Positions 1 to 14,891 of a stretch of 64,000 bases of DNA are shown in pieces. Where the stretch lies: contig OZ024757.1 of NCBI GenBank assembly GCA_964016885.1, forward strand, positions 25,606,001 to 25,670,000, given 5' to 3'. The notes under the pieces were generated by a model. That model ran no database searches, had not been told where the DNA came from, and was given only the letters and a program-made list of their open reading frames with translations. The translations under genes and the position numbers were made by a program. How positions within the stretch are numbered: the first letter of the stretch is position 1; every line of letters begins with the position of its first letter. The stretch is from Eledone cirrhosa (Eukaryota).

Positions 1-224
1 CTACAAATTGATTTCTTTCTATTTTTCCATTTTCTCATTTCCTCTTCCGGAATTCACTTTTATTTACAAACACACAAACACACACACACATACATACACC
101 ATACACACACACACACACACACAAACACAAACACACACACACACATACACCATACACACGCTCACACATGCACACACACATATATATGGTATATGTAGCT
201 GTATATATATATATACATGTATGT

Positions 225-292
<68 letters not shown>

Positions 293-327
293 GTTTATAT
301 ATATATATATATATGTATGTATGTGTT

Positions 328-360
<33 letters not shown>

Positions 361-406
361 TTATATATATATATATGTATGTATGTGTTTATATATATAT
401 GTATGT

Positions 407-444
<38 letters not shown>

Positions 445-522
445 GTATGTGTTTTTATATATATATATATATATATATTAACAATATTAATAAATGGAAA
501 AAATCATTTATAATACCATATT

Positions 523-583
523 TATTTTATTATACGTAATTTCAAGGACACAAAGTTTTTGTGTGCTTTCATCAGATAAAATA
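523..583 (-). ncRNA. Type I hammerhead ribozyme motif (family A')
   Basis: Minus strand reads tattttat-CTGATGA-aagcacacaaaaactttgtgtcctt-GAAA-ttacgt-ATA-ataaaata. Stem I is 8 bp, stem II is a hairpin, and stem III is minimal with a palindromic loop, as in PLE-associated HHRs. Confidence 0.8.
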
Positions 584-683
584 TAATATTTGGTGTTAAG
601 ATATTGACATACCATAGCATAGTCTTAATAGTATAAGCCCGCTATATATATATGAAATGTACAGTGGGTAATATGAAGAGACA

Positions 684-743
684 GGACCCCGACGGTTGCG
701 CTCCGGCCGTTTCGATAGCTAGATCAGTTCGGATCTAGCTGTC
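684..743 (-). mobile_element. Family B fragment: 3' half of HHR (hairpin + GAAAC-stem III-GTC)
   Basis: Minus strand reads gacagctagatccgaactgatctagctatc-GAAAC-ggccggagcgcaacc-GTC-ggggtcc. Related copies lie at 1327-1367, 20034-20145, 48098-48215 and 62015-62152. Confidence 0.6.
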
Positions 744-984
744 CACCCCATTGGAAAAATCACTCAACTGTGTGTGTTTCTATGTACAACGGCATTGGGC
801 CCAAATGTTGGAGCCATTATGGGTGTAGGATGTTTACATGTGAAACATAACTATTCCAGATTTGGGGGCAATGCACCATTGAAGGTCTAAGATGTTTGGG
901 TGCTTGTGTCAGCAACGGCAGCACAACTCATTACCGGTAGTATTTCATTGTGAAGTAGATATATTTATATACAAATACATGTCT

Positions 985-1024
<40 letters not shown>

Positions 1025-1054
1025 AAATCAAAAGATGGTTAAAAGAGTTCCATG

Positions 1055-1125
1055 TATTTTATTATGCGCATTTCAAAAACAAATATCATCATGGGATGAT
1101 ATTTGCGTTCTCATCAGATAAAATA
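1055..1125 (-). ncRNA. Type I hammerhead ribozyme motif
   Basis: Minus strand reads tattttat-CTGATGA-gaacgcaaatatcatcccatgatgatatttgttttt-GAAA-tgcgc-ATA-ataaaata. Stem II is long and loop III is the palindrome GCGC. Confidence 0.8.
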
Positions 1126-1266
1126 GGGTGACATGATGATATGAAGCTTAAAAAACACTTGCGAGCAGTGAAGTGTCAAATCAACATATTTTTTTTATTA
1201 TTTATACTCCAGTCCTATAAACTGTTGAGTGCTACTTATCCGATATTTGCATTGCTTTATTGTGCT

Positions 1267-1329
<63 letters not shown>

Positions 1330-1366
1330 CTGTCGAAACGGCCGGAGCTCAGCCGTCGGGTCCTGG

Positions 1367-1939
<573 letters not shown>

Positions 1940-2079
1940 CTGTCAACCCAAGAAAAAAAAACGATAATGAATTAAATAAATGTCTCCCCTTTTCACACAC
2001 ACATATGCACATACATTCATACATATATATGCACATGCATACATTCACATATACGCACATACACTCACACACACACACA

Positions 2080-2131
<52 letters not shown>

Positions 2132-2277
2132 TGTACATATATGTATGTAAATATCTGTGTGTACATATATATATATATATATATACATATGTATATATAT
2201 ACACACACTCACATATATATATATGAATACAAATGTATATATATATATATATATAGTAAATATATATATATATTTAA

Positions 2278-2320
<43 letters not shown>

Positions 2321-2452
2321 ATATATGTGTGTGTGTGTGTATATATATATATGTGTGTGTATATATATACATATGTATATATATACACACACACACATAT
2401 ATATATATGAATACAAATGTATATATATATATATAGTAAATATATATATATA

Positions 2453-2528
<76 letters not shown>

Positions 2529-2638
2529 ATATATATACATATGTATATATATATATATACACACATTGACATAAACACACATTTAACCCATCCTTATTTT
2601 CTTCAAGTCTTACCTAACAAACAACACCCCACCTTCTC

Positions 2639-2705
2639 TCAACACCAGCGCCACCTAGCTTATCTAACTGTTCAACACCAGCGCCACCTAGCTTATTTAA
2701 CTGTT
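2639..2705 (+). repeat. 33-bp tandem duplication
   Basis: tcaacaccagcgccacctagcttatYtaactgt occurs twice in tandem. Confidence 0.85.
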
Positions 2706-4529
2706 ACTATTCTAATTTGGTAAGGAAGCTGTGTAGTTTGCGCTCCACTGACTTCCGACACACCACACGTACACATATAAACATACACTCACATACACAG
2801 ACACATACACCACACATACACACACATACACTACATACACATACATAAACATACACTCACACACATATATACATACACAGACACATACACTCACACACAC
2901 ATACACTACAGACATACATATACATACACATACACTCACTTACACAGACACATGCACCACACATACACTCACACACACATACACTACATACACACTCACA
3001 TACACCACACACACACACTCACATACACCACACACACACACACGCATACACACACACATACAGACATACACCCATACACTCGGCATACACATACACCACC
3101 ATACATACATACATACACCTCATACATACATAAACATACACACACCCCACCTCATTCACACACATACATACAGACAGACTGACACCACACATACACACAT
3201 ACACACACACACACATACACACCACACCTCGTACACATACATACACCACACACACATATACACACCACCACACACACATACACCACACCTCACACACACA
3301 TACGCACCACACACACACACATACACCACACCTCACATATATCACACCATATCTCACACACACACACACACACCATACCTCATACACGCATAAATTCCAC
3401 ACACACATACATACATCTCATACACACACACACACACACCACACGTCAAGCCTGATACACACCACACACACACATAACTACACCACACACACACACATAA
3501 CTACACCACACACACACATACACTACACCACACACACACACATACACTACACCACACACACATTGCATACAATATGTTGTCTTCTGTTATTGCAGTTTTT
3601 TCCCTCTCTTTGAGTAGCGAATCCTCTGTATAAGAATGCTTATTTGTGTAGATGTATGTGTATGTGCATGAGTGTGTGTGTGTTTTCTGTGTGTATATAT
3701 ATATATATATACATATCTATATATATATATACATATATATATATGTTTATACATATGTATATATATATATATGTATATATATGTATATATGTATATGTAT
3801 GTATATATATATATGTATATGTATATACATATGTATGTATGTATATATACATATGTATATATACGTATGTATATATATGTATATATGTATATATATATAT
3901 ACATATGTATATATATATACATATGTATATATATATGTATATATGTATGTATATATATATATGTATATATGTATGTATATATATATATGTATATGTATAT
4001 ACATATGTATGTATGTATATACATATGTATATATACGTATGTATATATATGTATATATGTATATATATATATACATATGTATATATATATACATATGTAT
4101 ATATATATGTATATATGTATGTATATATATATGTATGTATATATGAATATATATATATATGTATTTATATATGTATATATATGTATGTATATATGTGTAT
4201 TATATATATATATATAATATATATATAATATATATATATATTGACACACGCGACTGAGTGCTAAAGAAAACTACCTTTTGATTGGACGATTAGTCAGGCA
4301 CGTCACTCACTGCACAGTCCAATCGTTAACGTTCAGGAAATACACACACGGGCGCACGTGTGTGTGTGTGTGTGTTTGCTGACAATGCTCTCTGTATTCA
4401 ATACTCCAACTGTGCGCCTGGGTTTAGATATGTCCCCTTTTCTGCACCAATGACCTCCAAGCCGCCGCCACATTTAAAACAGCCTCACATACACTGGTAA
4501 CTCAGCCCTTCCTTATGGGCATTTCTGTT

Positions 4530-5458
4530 GTCCTTGGCTCTAAGACCACCTCCCAACTCACCACCATCGGCTTCTGGTGTCCTTGGCCATAAGACCACCT
4601 CCCAACTCACCACCATCGGCTTCTGGTGTCCTTGGTCATATGACCACCTCCAGACTCACCACCATCGGCTTCTGGTGTCCTTGGCCATAAGACCACCTCC
4701 CAACTCACCACCATCGGCTTCTGGTGTCCTTGGCCATAAGACCACCTCCAAACTCACTACTATCGGCTTCTGGTGTCCTTGGCCATAAGACCACCTCCCA
4801 ACTCACCACTATCGGCTTCTGGTGTCCTTGGCCATAAGACCACCTCCCAACTCACCACCATCGGCTTCTGGTGTCCTTGGCCATAAGACCACCTCCAAAC
4901 TCACCACCATCGGCTTCTGGTGTCCTTGGCCATAAGACCACCTCCAAACTCACCACTATCGGCTTCTGGTGTCCTTGGTCATATGACCACCTCCCAACTC
5001 ACCACCATCGGCTTCTGGTGTCCTTGGCCATAAGACCACCTCCAAACTCACCACCATCGGCTTCTGGTGTCCTTGGCCATAAGACCACCTCCAAACTCAC
5101 CACTATCGGCTTCTGGTGTCCTTGGTCATATGACCACCTCCAAACTCACCACCATCGGCTTCTGGTGTCCTTGGCCATAAGACCACCTCCAAACTCACCA
5201 CTATCGGCTTCTGGTGTCCTTGGCCATAAGACCACCTCCAAACTCACCACTATCGGCTTCTGGTGTCCTTGGCTCTAAGACCACCTCCCAACTCACCACT
5301 ATCGGCTTCTGGTGTCCTTGGCCATAAGACCACCTCCCAACTCACCACTATCGGCTTCTGCTGTCCTTTGCCATAAGACCACCTCCCAACTCACCACCAT
5401 CGGCTTCTGGTGTCCTTGGCCATAAGACCACCTCCAAACTCACCGCCATCGGCTTCTG
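4530..5458. repeat. 49-bp minisatellite, about 19 copies
   Basis: Unit tgtccttggccataagaccacctcccaactcaccaccatcggcttctgg. The 49-aa period in the ORF track equals 3 units. Confidence 0.95.
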
Positions 5459-5459
5459 G

Positions 5460-5618
5460 GTCGGAGGCCATGCTTTGCATCAAAGAGTTACGCCCATTTA
5501 CGGTCTGAGTTCAAATCCCGCCTAGGTTAACTTTGCCTTTCATCCTTACGGGGTCGATAAAATGAAGTACCAGTAATGCACTGGTTTAATTGCTGGCCTT
5601 GTGCCAAAATTAGAAACA
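5460..5618 (+). mobile_element. tRNA-derived SINE (family S1), partial
   Basis: B-box-like gagttcaaatccc followed by actttgcctttcatccttacggggtcgataaaatgaagtaccag. More than 10 copies occur in the window. Confidence 0.75.
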
Positions 5619-5649
5619 ATATTATAACAATATGACCCTCCCCAAATAT

Positions 5650-5729
<80 letters not shown>

Positions 5730-5840
5730 TATAAGAACAAATTAAAGTTTAAGCAAAGAATCGCTGCTTTCACCCTTAACGGGTTTATGTATATAATCCT
5801 TATCGAGCCTTCGTCGGATTTTAGTTTTCACATTTATTAT

Positions 5841-5876
<36 letters not shown>

Positions 5877-5881
<5 letters not shown>

Positions 5882-6150
5882 GAGGTTATATTTAATTTGT
5901 TGGGATTCAACAAGCTTAAACATTTTTATAACTAATATAAAGCACTCAACAGCTAGTGGAGTAAATACACAATATATTAATAAATGGAAACTATATTTAT
6001 AAAACCATAATTATTTTATTATATATATTTCAAGGGCGACCAAGGTAAATTATGGCGCGCTTTCATCAGATAAAATACAGATTTGTTTTATAAATAAATA
6101 TTGACATACCCGGAAAAAATACAACCTCAGCGGTTGAAATTCGCTGGATA

Positions 6151-6155
<5 letters not shown>
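5877..6155 (-). mobile_element. HHR-bearing PLE-terminus-like element (family A'); HHR at 6012-6077
   Basis: Minus strand reads tattttat-CTGATGA-aagcgcgccataatttaccttggtcgccctt-GAAA-tatat-ATA-ataaaata. Flanked by (TA)n. A near-identical copy is at 24899-25177 and an inverted partial arm at 8898-9008. Confidence 0.8.
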
Positions 6156-6197
<42 letters not shown>

Positions 6198-6200
<3 letters not shown>

Positions 6201-6346
6201 GTTATTCCGGGTTGAATCGGAGGTAACCACAGTAAGTAAGGTACTCAATACATTGCAGAGTATAAAAGTTTTAGTATAGATGAGATTCTACAGGACTAGA
6301 ACTGTTTCATTCTTTAGAAATCATCAGGAATCTTGATTCCTGATGA
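6198..6346 (-). mobile_element. Family A element with HHR at 6283-6333; second arm cut after CTGATGA
   Basis: Minus strand reads agattc-CTGATGA-tttctaaagaat-GAA-ACAG-ttctagtc-CTGT-A-gaatct. Stem I is 6 bp, stem III is 4 bp, and the cleavage triplet is GUA. Confidence 0.85.
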
Positions 6347-8870
6347 CATAGTCTCCTCTCTACTGACCAGTCTATTACTGTGTGGTGTGACACAGGACAT
6401 AGTCTCCCCTCTACTGACCAGTCTATTACTGTATGGTGTGACACTGGACATAGTCTCCTCTCTACTGACCAGTCTATTACTGTGTGGTGTGACACAGGAC
6501 ATAGTCTCCCCTCTACTGACCAGTCTATTACTGTATGGTGTGACACTGGACATAGTCTCCTCTCTACTGACCAGTCTATTACTGTGTGGTGTGACACTGG
6601 ACATAGTCTCCCCTCTACTGACCAGTATATTACTGTGTGGTGTGACACTGGACATAGTCTCAGCTCTACTGACCAGTCTATTACTGTGTGGTGTGACACA
6701 GGACATAGTCTCCCCTCTACTAACGAGTATATTACTGTGTGGCGTGACACAGGACATAGTCTCAGCTCTACTGACCAGTCTATTACTGTGTGGTGTGACA
6801 CAGGACATAGTCTCCCCTCTACTGACCAATATATTACTGTGTGGTGTGACACTGGACATAGTCTCCCCTCTACTGACCAGTCTATTACTGTATGATGTGA
6901 CACTGGACATAGTCTCCCCTCTTCTGACCAGTCTATTACTGTGTGGTGTGACACTGGACATAGTCTCCTCTCTACTGACCAGTCTATTACTGTATGGTGT
7001 GACACAGGACATAGTCTCCCCTCTACTGACCAGTCTATTACTGTGTGGTGTGACACAGGACATAGTCTCCCCTCTACTGATCAGTATATTACTGTGTGGT
7101 GTGACACTGGACATAGTCTCCTCTCTACTGACCAGTCTATTACTGTGTGGTGTGACACAGGACATAGTCTCCCCTCTACTAACGAGTATATTACTGTGTG
7201 GTGTGACACAGGACATAGTCTCAGCTCTACTGACCAGTCTATTACTGTGTGGTGTGACACAGGACATAGTCTCCCCTCTACTGACCAATATATTACTGTG
7301 TGGTGTGACACTGGACATAGTCTCCCCTCTACTGACCAGTCTATTACTGTATGATGTGACACTGGACATAGTCTCCCCTCTACTGACCAGTCTATTACTG
7401 TATGGTGTGACACTGGACATAGTCTCCCCTCTACTGACCAGTCTATTACTGTGTGGTGTGACACTGGACATAGTCTCCCCTCTTCTGACCAGTCTATTAC
7501 TGTGTGGTGTGACACTGGACATAGTCTCCCCTCTACTGACCAGTCTATTACTGTATGGTGTGACACTGGACATAGTCTCCCCTCTTCTGACCAGTCTATT
7601 ACTGTGTGGTGTGACACTGGACATAGTCTCCTCTCTACTGACTAGTCTATTACTGTATGGTGTGACACAGGACATAGTCTCCCCTCTACTGACCAGTCTA
7701 TTACTGTGTGGTGTGACACAGGACATAGTCTCCCCTCTACTGATCAGTATATTACTGTGTGGTGTGACACTGGACATAGTCTCCCCTCTACTGACCAGTC
7801 TATTACTGTATGATGTGACACTGGACATAGTCTCCCCTCTTCTGACCAGTCTATTACTGTGTGGTGTGACACTGGACATAGTCTCCCCTCTACTGACCAG
7901 TCTATTACTGTATGATGTGACACTGGACATAGTCTCCCCTCTTCTGACCAGTCTATTACTGTATGGTGTGACACTGGACATAGTCTCCCCTCTACTGACC
8001 AGTCTATTACTGTGTGGTGTGACACTGGACATAGTCTCCCCTCTTCTGACCAGTCTATTACTGTGTGGTGTGACACTGGACATAGTCTCCTCTCTACTGA
8101 CCAGTATATTACTGTATGGTGTGACACTGGACATAGTCTCCCCTCTACTGACCAGTCTATTACTGTATGGTGTGACACAGGACATAGTCTCCCCTCTACT
8201 GACCAGTCTATTACTGTGTGGTGTGACACAGGACATAGTCTCCCCTCTACTGACCAGTCTATTACTGTGTGGTGTGACACTGGACATAGTCTCCCCTCTA
8301 CTGACCAGTATATTACTGTGTGGTGTGACACTGGACATAGTCTCCTCTCTACTGACCAGTCTATTACTGTGTGGTGTGACACTGGACATAGTCTCCCCTC
8401 TACTGACTAGTCTATTACTGTGTGGTGTGACACTGGACATAGTCTCCTCTCTACTGACCAGTCTATTACTGTGTGGTGTGACACAGGACATAGTCTCCCC
8501 TCTACTGACCAGTATATTACTGTGTGGTGTGACACAGGACATAGTCTCCCCTCTACTGACCGGTCTATTACTGTGTGGTGTGACACTGGACATAGTCTCC
8601 TCTCTACTGACCAGTCTATTACTGTGTGGTGTGACACTGGACATAGTCTCCTCTCTACTGACCAGTCTATTACTGTGTGGTGTGACACTGGACATAGTCT
8701 CCCCTCTACTGACCAGTCTATTACTGTGTGGTGTGACACTGGACATAGTCTCCCCTCTACTGACCAGTTTATTACTGTGTTATGTGACACAGGACATAGT
8801 CTCCCCTCTACTGACCAGTTTATTACTGTGTTATGTGACACTGGACATAGTCCCCCCTCTACTGACCAGT
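6345..8870. repeat. 51-bp satellite array 1, about 49 copies
   Basis: Unit gtgacactggacatagtctcccctctactgaccagtctattactgtgtggt. It produces 17-aa periodic ORFs in several frames. Confidence 0.97.
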
Positions 8871-8897
8871 CGTGTATATAAAAGACAACCTTAACGG

Positions 8898-9008
8898 TCA
8901 ATATTTATTTATAAAACAAATCTGTATTTTATCTTGGTTGCCCTTGAAATATATATAATAAAATAAATATGGTTTTATAAATATAGTTTCCATTTATTAA
9001 TATATTGT
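8898..9008 (+). mobile_element. Inverted arm of the family A' element, HHR core deleted
   Basis: Reverse complement of about 5969-6105, lacking about 25 nt that cover GATGA and the 5' strand of stem II. Confidence 0.8.
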
Positions 9009-9031
9009 ATATATATATATATACACACACA

Positions 9032-9072
<41 letters not shown>

Positions 9073-9439
9073 GCACACACCCACACACACACACACACAC
9101 ACACATACTGCTGGCCTTCTGCCTATAGTAGAACTCATTAGTTACATACAAATAAATATGATATACATACATGAATGCAAATATAATTCAGATGAAATCA
9201 TATATACACAAACCTACATATACAAATAAGATGAGCAAAGAAAACAGAGATTTGTAAAATGAATTAACGAAGTCCGAACTTATATATCTGGACCGAATGC
9301 GACCCACGGAGTCAAGGACATAAATGAAGACAGAATGAATCATTAGCTTCCTCTGGCATGCTGGTCAAGTATCGATTAAATTAATAGACAAATAAATCTC
9401 TTTCAAATTTGCATAATTCTCCCTCTAGTTTAATTTATG

Positions 9440-10020
9440 TGTGTCAGGTCAACAGTTGGTGCTACTGGTAACATGTATCCCAGTACAACCTGTCTCATGG
9501 TCGAATCGTTGGCGACTAAACTGGCAACCCCACCAAGTTTTGGTGAGGAGGGTGACTTTGGACATCCTGCAGGACTAAAAACAAAACCTCTCAAAGGGCA
9601 AAGGAGCTCTTAAGAGTCAATGGCCATCCAAAATCACCGGGAGAGATGACCCCTTAGCCTTTGTCAAGGCAGAATTCTAGGAGAAGGAAAACTCTGATAT
9701 AACACCTGCAACTCTGATGGTATCCAATGATGTTGACTTGTTCTTCTTTTTGGTAAATATCATCTTGGTTAAGAGAGTGGGACTGGCTTTGTGCAGTGCC
9801 TTTGCTCACTATAAAAGCTTCATGGCACAGGCATTGCTTTATATCTGGAGATCTCTCTGCACTTGTCATCACATGGTACCATGGGCCCAGCACTATGTGT
9901 CAATAATTGTCACAGGTGTAGTGTTTGTACCAGAGTTTTCAGGTCGCTGGCTGGACTAAAATGTCACACTCGTTCAGCGCATCGGTAGGGTTCTCCTACA
10001 TGGATATAAAGTAGTGGCCG
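9440..10020 (+). mobile_element. Probable LINE (RTE-type) 5' UTR remnant
   Basis: Higher-complexity island containing ctaggagaaggaaaactctga, a motif I recall from RTE 5' UTRs. No ORF supports it. Confidence 0.3.
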
Positions 10021-10044
10021 TACTCGAAAACGAGTTGGCAGCCA

Positions 10045-10110
<66 letters not shown>

Positions 10111-10111
10111 G

Positions 10112-10149
<38 letters not shown>

Positions 10150-10186
10150 AGGACAATTGGTTAAGCCTTCATTACGTTTATTGGTT

Positions 10187-10271
10187 GGTGACGCGCATTT
10201 CGCTATTGATCAGCTCATGGTTCGATTTGTATCGATCTGGCCCGACTCTGGAATCAAAAGCTCATCGGACC
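10187..10271 (-). ncRNA. Hammerhead-like motif (core variant CCGATGA)
   Basis: Minus strand reads ggt-CCGATGA-gcttttgat...atcaatagc-GAAA-tgcgc-GTC-acc. Stem I is only 3 bp. It sits in a (TA)n-flanked island at 10148-10348. Confidence 0.6.
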
Positions 10272-10347
10272 TCTGTTGTAGTAATGACAGAATGAATATA
10301 GTGCTCACCTGGGTCAACCTACAGTAACTTCACGTTACACTCCCTGG

Positions 10348-10385
<38 letters not shown>

Positions 10386-10386
10386 A

Positions 10387-10425
<39 letters not shown>

Positions 10426-10578
10426 ATATATGTGTGTGTGTGTATATATGTGTGTGTGTTTATATATATGTGTGTGTGTATATATATATATGTGTGTGTG
10501 TGTATATATATATATGTGTGTGTGTGTGTATATATATATATATGTGTATATATATATGTGTGTGTATATATATATATA

Positions 10579-10625
<47 letters not shown>

Positions 10626-10638
10626 ATATATACATGTA

Positions 10639-10673
<35 letters not shown>

Positions 10674-10676
<3 letters not shown>

Positions 10677-11124
10677 TCCTCAGTGTATACTGATTAATGT
10701 TCAGAGCCATCCTCAGCATTCTCGTGTAGCACCCATCCACCATCTGAGTGAGTTTCTTGGTCAGTGTCCAAATCTCAGACCCGTACAGCAGCAGAGACTC
10801 CACCACAGCAATGAAGAGGCGGATTTTCAGGTCTTTACGAAGGTCCGAGTTCCACACCGATCTCAAGCTGTGGCACGCCGCCCAGGCTTTGCTCTTCCTC
10901 TCAACCACATCATCTTCCATATTCCCAATCTTTGCTCTCAAATACAGGAAGTCCTCAACCAATTCTAGCGGCTTCCCACCTACATTAGTCATCCCCTCTG
11001 GCTTCTCAACATTCTCTACCAGATATTTTGTTTGAGTCTCATTCATTCTCAGCCCCACACTCATCGACACAGTCTCAACCTCCTGCATCAAATCCTCTGC
11101 CTCCTTCACTGTATTTGTCACCAA
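10674..11124 (-). pseudogene. RTE-clade LINE reverse transcriptase C-terminal fragment (inverted segment)
   Basis: VGLRMNETQTKY...VEDFLYL...KSKAWAA...LKIRLFIAVVESLLLYGSEIWTLTK...DGCYTRMLRMALNI matches the late RT/thumb region of RTE-like LINEs. Confidence 0.85.
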
Positions 11125-11391
11125 AACCCAAAAGTCAGCTCAAAAGTGACACAGAGGAGACTGAGGTTAGCTGGACATGCTCACCGACATCCAGAGTTGA
11201 CATTGCACTCAGTGCTCCTGTGGGAGCCCCTACATGGACACACTGGAAGAGGAAGTCCAAGGTTAACGTATGTTGATGCCCTAAGGACAGACACTGGTCT
11301 GTTGGAGACGCAGGACATGGCAGCGATAATGAGGGACAGAGACCGCCGGAGAGAACTCGTCCATGGATCTCGGGATTTTTACCCGCCCTAG
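11125..11391 (+). pseudogene. RTE-clade LINE ORF C-terminus
   Basis: PKVSSKVTQRRLRLAGHAHRHPE...LLWEPLHGHTGRGSPRLTYVDALRTD...MRDRDRRRELV* is a typical RTE C-terminus. It ends in a TA-rich tract. Confidence 0.85.
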
Positions 11392-11418
11392 ATATATAGA
11401 TATATATATATATATATT

Positions 11419-11473
<55 letters not shown>

Positions 11474-11926
11474 ATGTACATATATATATAATACATACAT
11501 ACACATATATGCACACACAAATATATTTGTGTGAGTGTGCGCATATATTTGTACGTATGTATGTATTACATACACACACACACACACAAACTTGAACGCT
11601 TAATGACAAAAACAAACAATTCTCATAAATGAAAACGAAATATATGTGTGCCTTAGTTCGTCTGTTTATGTGTGTGTATGTGAGGATTTGTGTGTATGTT
11701 GATGCTTTGTTTTGTGTTCTTTTAATCGAAATTATCCAGAATAAATATGGCGGTCACGGCTAAGCGATGTTGTCTGCAAGATATGGTTTCGCCAAGGTTG
11801 TTCACTGGAATACTATGAAACACTAAAAAGATTTGTGGTGGTGGTGGACGAGGGATAACAGTTAAATAACGAGAAAAAATAACAGAAATATATATATACG
11901 TATATATATATATACATGTGTGTGTG

Positions 11927-11971
<45 letters not shown>

Positions 11972-12156
11972 CTGAAGACAGCATATATATGTGAAGGTAT
12001 GTATATTCCCTCTGATAGTTTGTATAAATATTGTACATAGATCTATAGAATATGCATACCAATTCTAACACATATATATCCTAGAAACGATCGTAAAATA
12101 ATGAATTTTTTTAATATAAGGAACTGTTTCTTTGTTTATTCATTATTTTTTAAATA

Positions 12157-12209
<53 letters not shown>

Positions 12210-12213
<4 letters not shown>

Positions 12214-12393
12214 GTTATTCCGGGTTGAATCGGAGGTAACCACAGTAAGTAAGGTACTCAATACATTGCAGAGTATAAAAGTTTTAATATAGATGAGATT
12301 CTACAGGACTAGAACTGTTTCATTCTTTAGAAATCATCAGGAATCTCTGATGATTTCTAAAGAATGAAACAGTTCTAGTCCTGTAGAATCTCA

Positions 12394-12400
<7 letters not shown>
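12210..12400. mobile_element. Family A foldback with two inverted HHR cores
   Basis: Arms 12287-12340 and 12347-12400 with a 6-nt spacer. The minus-strand HHR (12296-12346) is complete. (TA)n on both sides. Confidence 0.9.
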
Positions 12401-12448
<48 letters not shown>

Positions 12449-12738
12449 TCTCTCGTCCACGATTTCACAGAACTTATGTTCATCGATTTCAGGGACTTGA
12501 CTCCTTCTTCCTCACTTTTCGTTGCATTACCATCTTTGTTTGTTTACTGTCTCGCTCGTTCCCCCTATATACGTGTCCCAACGACTTTCTTTAGTCGTTG
12601 CTCGCACCAACCGGAGGTATATGGTCTTTAAAGCGATGAAATACTAATGAAGGCTGGAAGATCACTGATGAAGGACTAATTTTATTCATATGTAACCCAT
12701 TTGAAACCACGCAGCACGCCATGTTTTCATATTTTTCA

Positions 12739-12786
<48 letters not shown>

Positions 12787-12808
12787 TAGATAGATATCTA
12801 AATACGTA

Positions 12809-12840
<32 letters not shown>

Positions 12841-12937
12841 CGTATATATATATATATTTATATACGTATACATATATATATATTTACGTATATATATATA
12901 TACGTATATAAATACATTCATATATATACGTATATAA

Positions 12938-12977
<40 letters not shown>

Positions 12978-13068
12978 GTATATGTTTATATATATGTGTG
13001 TATATATATACATATGTAAGTCTGTGTGTGTGTATACGCACATATATATTTCTGTACACAATCTCACA

Positions 13069-13241
<173 letters not shown>

Positions 13242-13242
13242 A

Positions 13243-13273
<31 letters not shown>

Positions 13274-13550
13274 ATGTATATATGCGTGTGTGTGTGTGTG
13301 TGTGTGTGTGTATGTATATATGCGTGTGTGTGTGTGTGTGTGTATGTATATATGCGCGTGTGTGTGTGTATGTATATATATTACATATAATGTAAACTTT
13401 ATTATTTTAGTGTTATTTTCTCATGTTCTTTGAGTTGTTTTGGCTTTTACTCATGTATGAAATCAAATCTTTTAAAACCTTGCTTAGAAAATGGATTCAA
13501 TAAAGAATGTGCCATTCTAAGTTCATTCCTGCATATACACTCCTTCGTAC

Positions 13551-13608
<58 letters not shown>

Positions 13609-13739
13609 GTGTTTGTGTATATACATGTGTATATATGTATATATATATAAATGTGTATGTATATATGTGTATATAAATGTATATATATATATATGTATAT
13701 ATATATATGTATTTATATATGTGTGTATATATATATATG

Positions 13740-13771
<32 letters not shown>

Positions 13772-13811
13772 TATGTACATATATATATGTATATATATGT
13801 GTGTATATATG

Positions 13812-13844
<33 letters not shown>

Positions 13845-14303
13845 GTATATACATATATATATGTATATACACACACATATATATATATACTGTATATACA
13901 GATGTAGCTTTGCAGTCAATGTCTTCTACGGACATTGCACGGAGCTCCATGAAGAAACCCGCACGTGACTATTGTTCGAATTTCCGAGGAAGGTGGTTCG
14001 CAGTCGGCCAGAAAGGGGGCTCCTGGTTGGTCAGAGGTGAGAGGTTAGACGGTATATCATTGGATATATCGTGTCACGTGCTATGGTTCGTAGTTGGTGC
14101 AGCTATGAAATGATGGAATCTTGTCATGTGTAAACGTGATAACTCCGAGGAGTTTCGAAAGTGTTGTTAGAAAATGGCGACGCTTTGCTTCTCTCTGTAA
14201 ATATTATTTTCCATTTGAGAGTGGCGAATAGGCCGAATCCTTAGAACGTCGTAGAGTTTGCTCGACGGTTCCAGTTGTAGTTTCAAAAGTAATCCGGAGA
14301 AAA

Positions 14304-14858
14304 TAGAAGGATTTAAATGGATACAGTTTAGTTAAAAGGAATTTATTGACACGTGTTTCAATAACACTTACATAACCTGAAAACAGCTGCTATCTACAAA
14401 GTATTAGTTATGCAGACATTCAATATTTCAATGTTATTATCAACTGTCATTTCATCAGAATCATTTTATTGAGGACCTGTTTGGTTTTTATAGAGAATAT
14501 TAGGAGGGAGGGGTGAAGTTGTTAGAAGAATAGTTGAGGGAGTGGTTTTTTGATAGCAGTAAGAATTTTTGGTGGCAGTGAGTAATTAGATTCCCATCTG
14601 TTGTTTTGACATTTTTATAGAATATATTATTGGTTATTTTTCTAAATCTATAGAAGGTTTAGAGATAGTATAGATATGCATGGTTGGTTTTGTGTTTGCA
14701 CTTAATTAACATTCAGACTTAAATTTTTCTTTCAAGTGTAATTATCCTATATGTGTGTGTCTATACGTGTGTATATAAAGATAAGTTGAGTATGAAAATG
14801 TATACACATGAATGCGTATGTATGTACATATATATATGTATATATATGTATATATATG

Positions 14859-14891
<33 letters not shown>

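Noticed and set aside
4530-5458. CRISPR-like appearance of the tandem arrays
   Set aside because: Units are contiguous with no unique spacers, there are no cas genes, and the context is eukaryotic.
6345-8870. 51-bp unit as a tandem ribozyme satellite
   Set aside because: No CTGANGA or GAAA core on either strand of the unit.
6314-8894. 810-853 aa ORFs over 51-bp array 1
   Set aside because: The unit length is divisible by 3 and the array is open in several frames on both strands, with no unique domain. This is a satellite artefact.
12665-12720. CTGATGA...GAAAC as an HHR
   Set aside because: Stems I and III and the NUH triplet cannot be formed convincingly.
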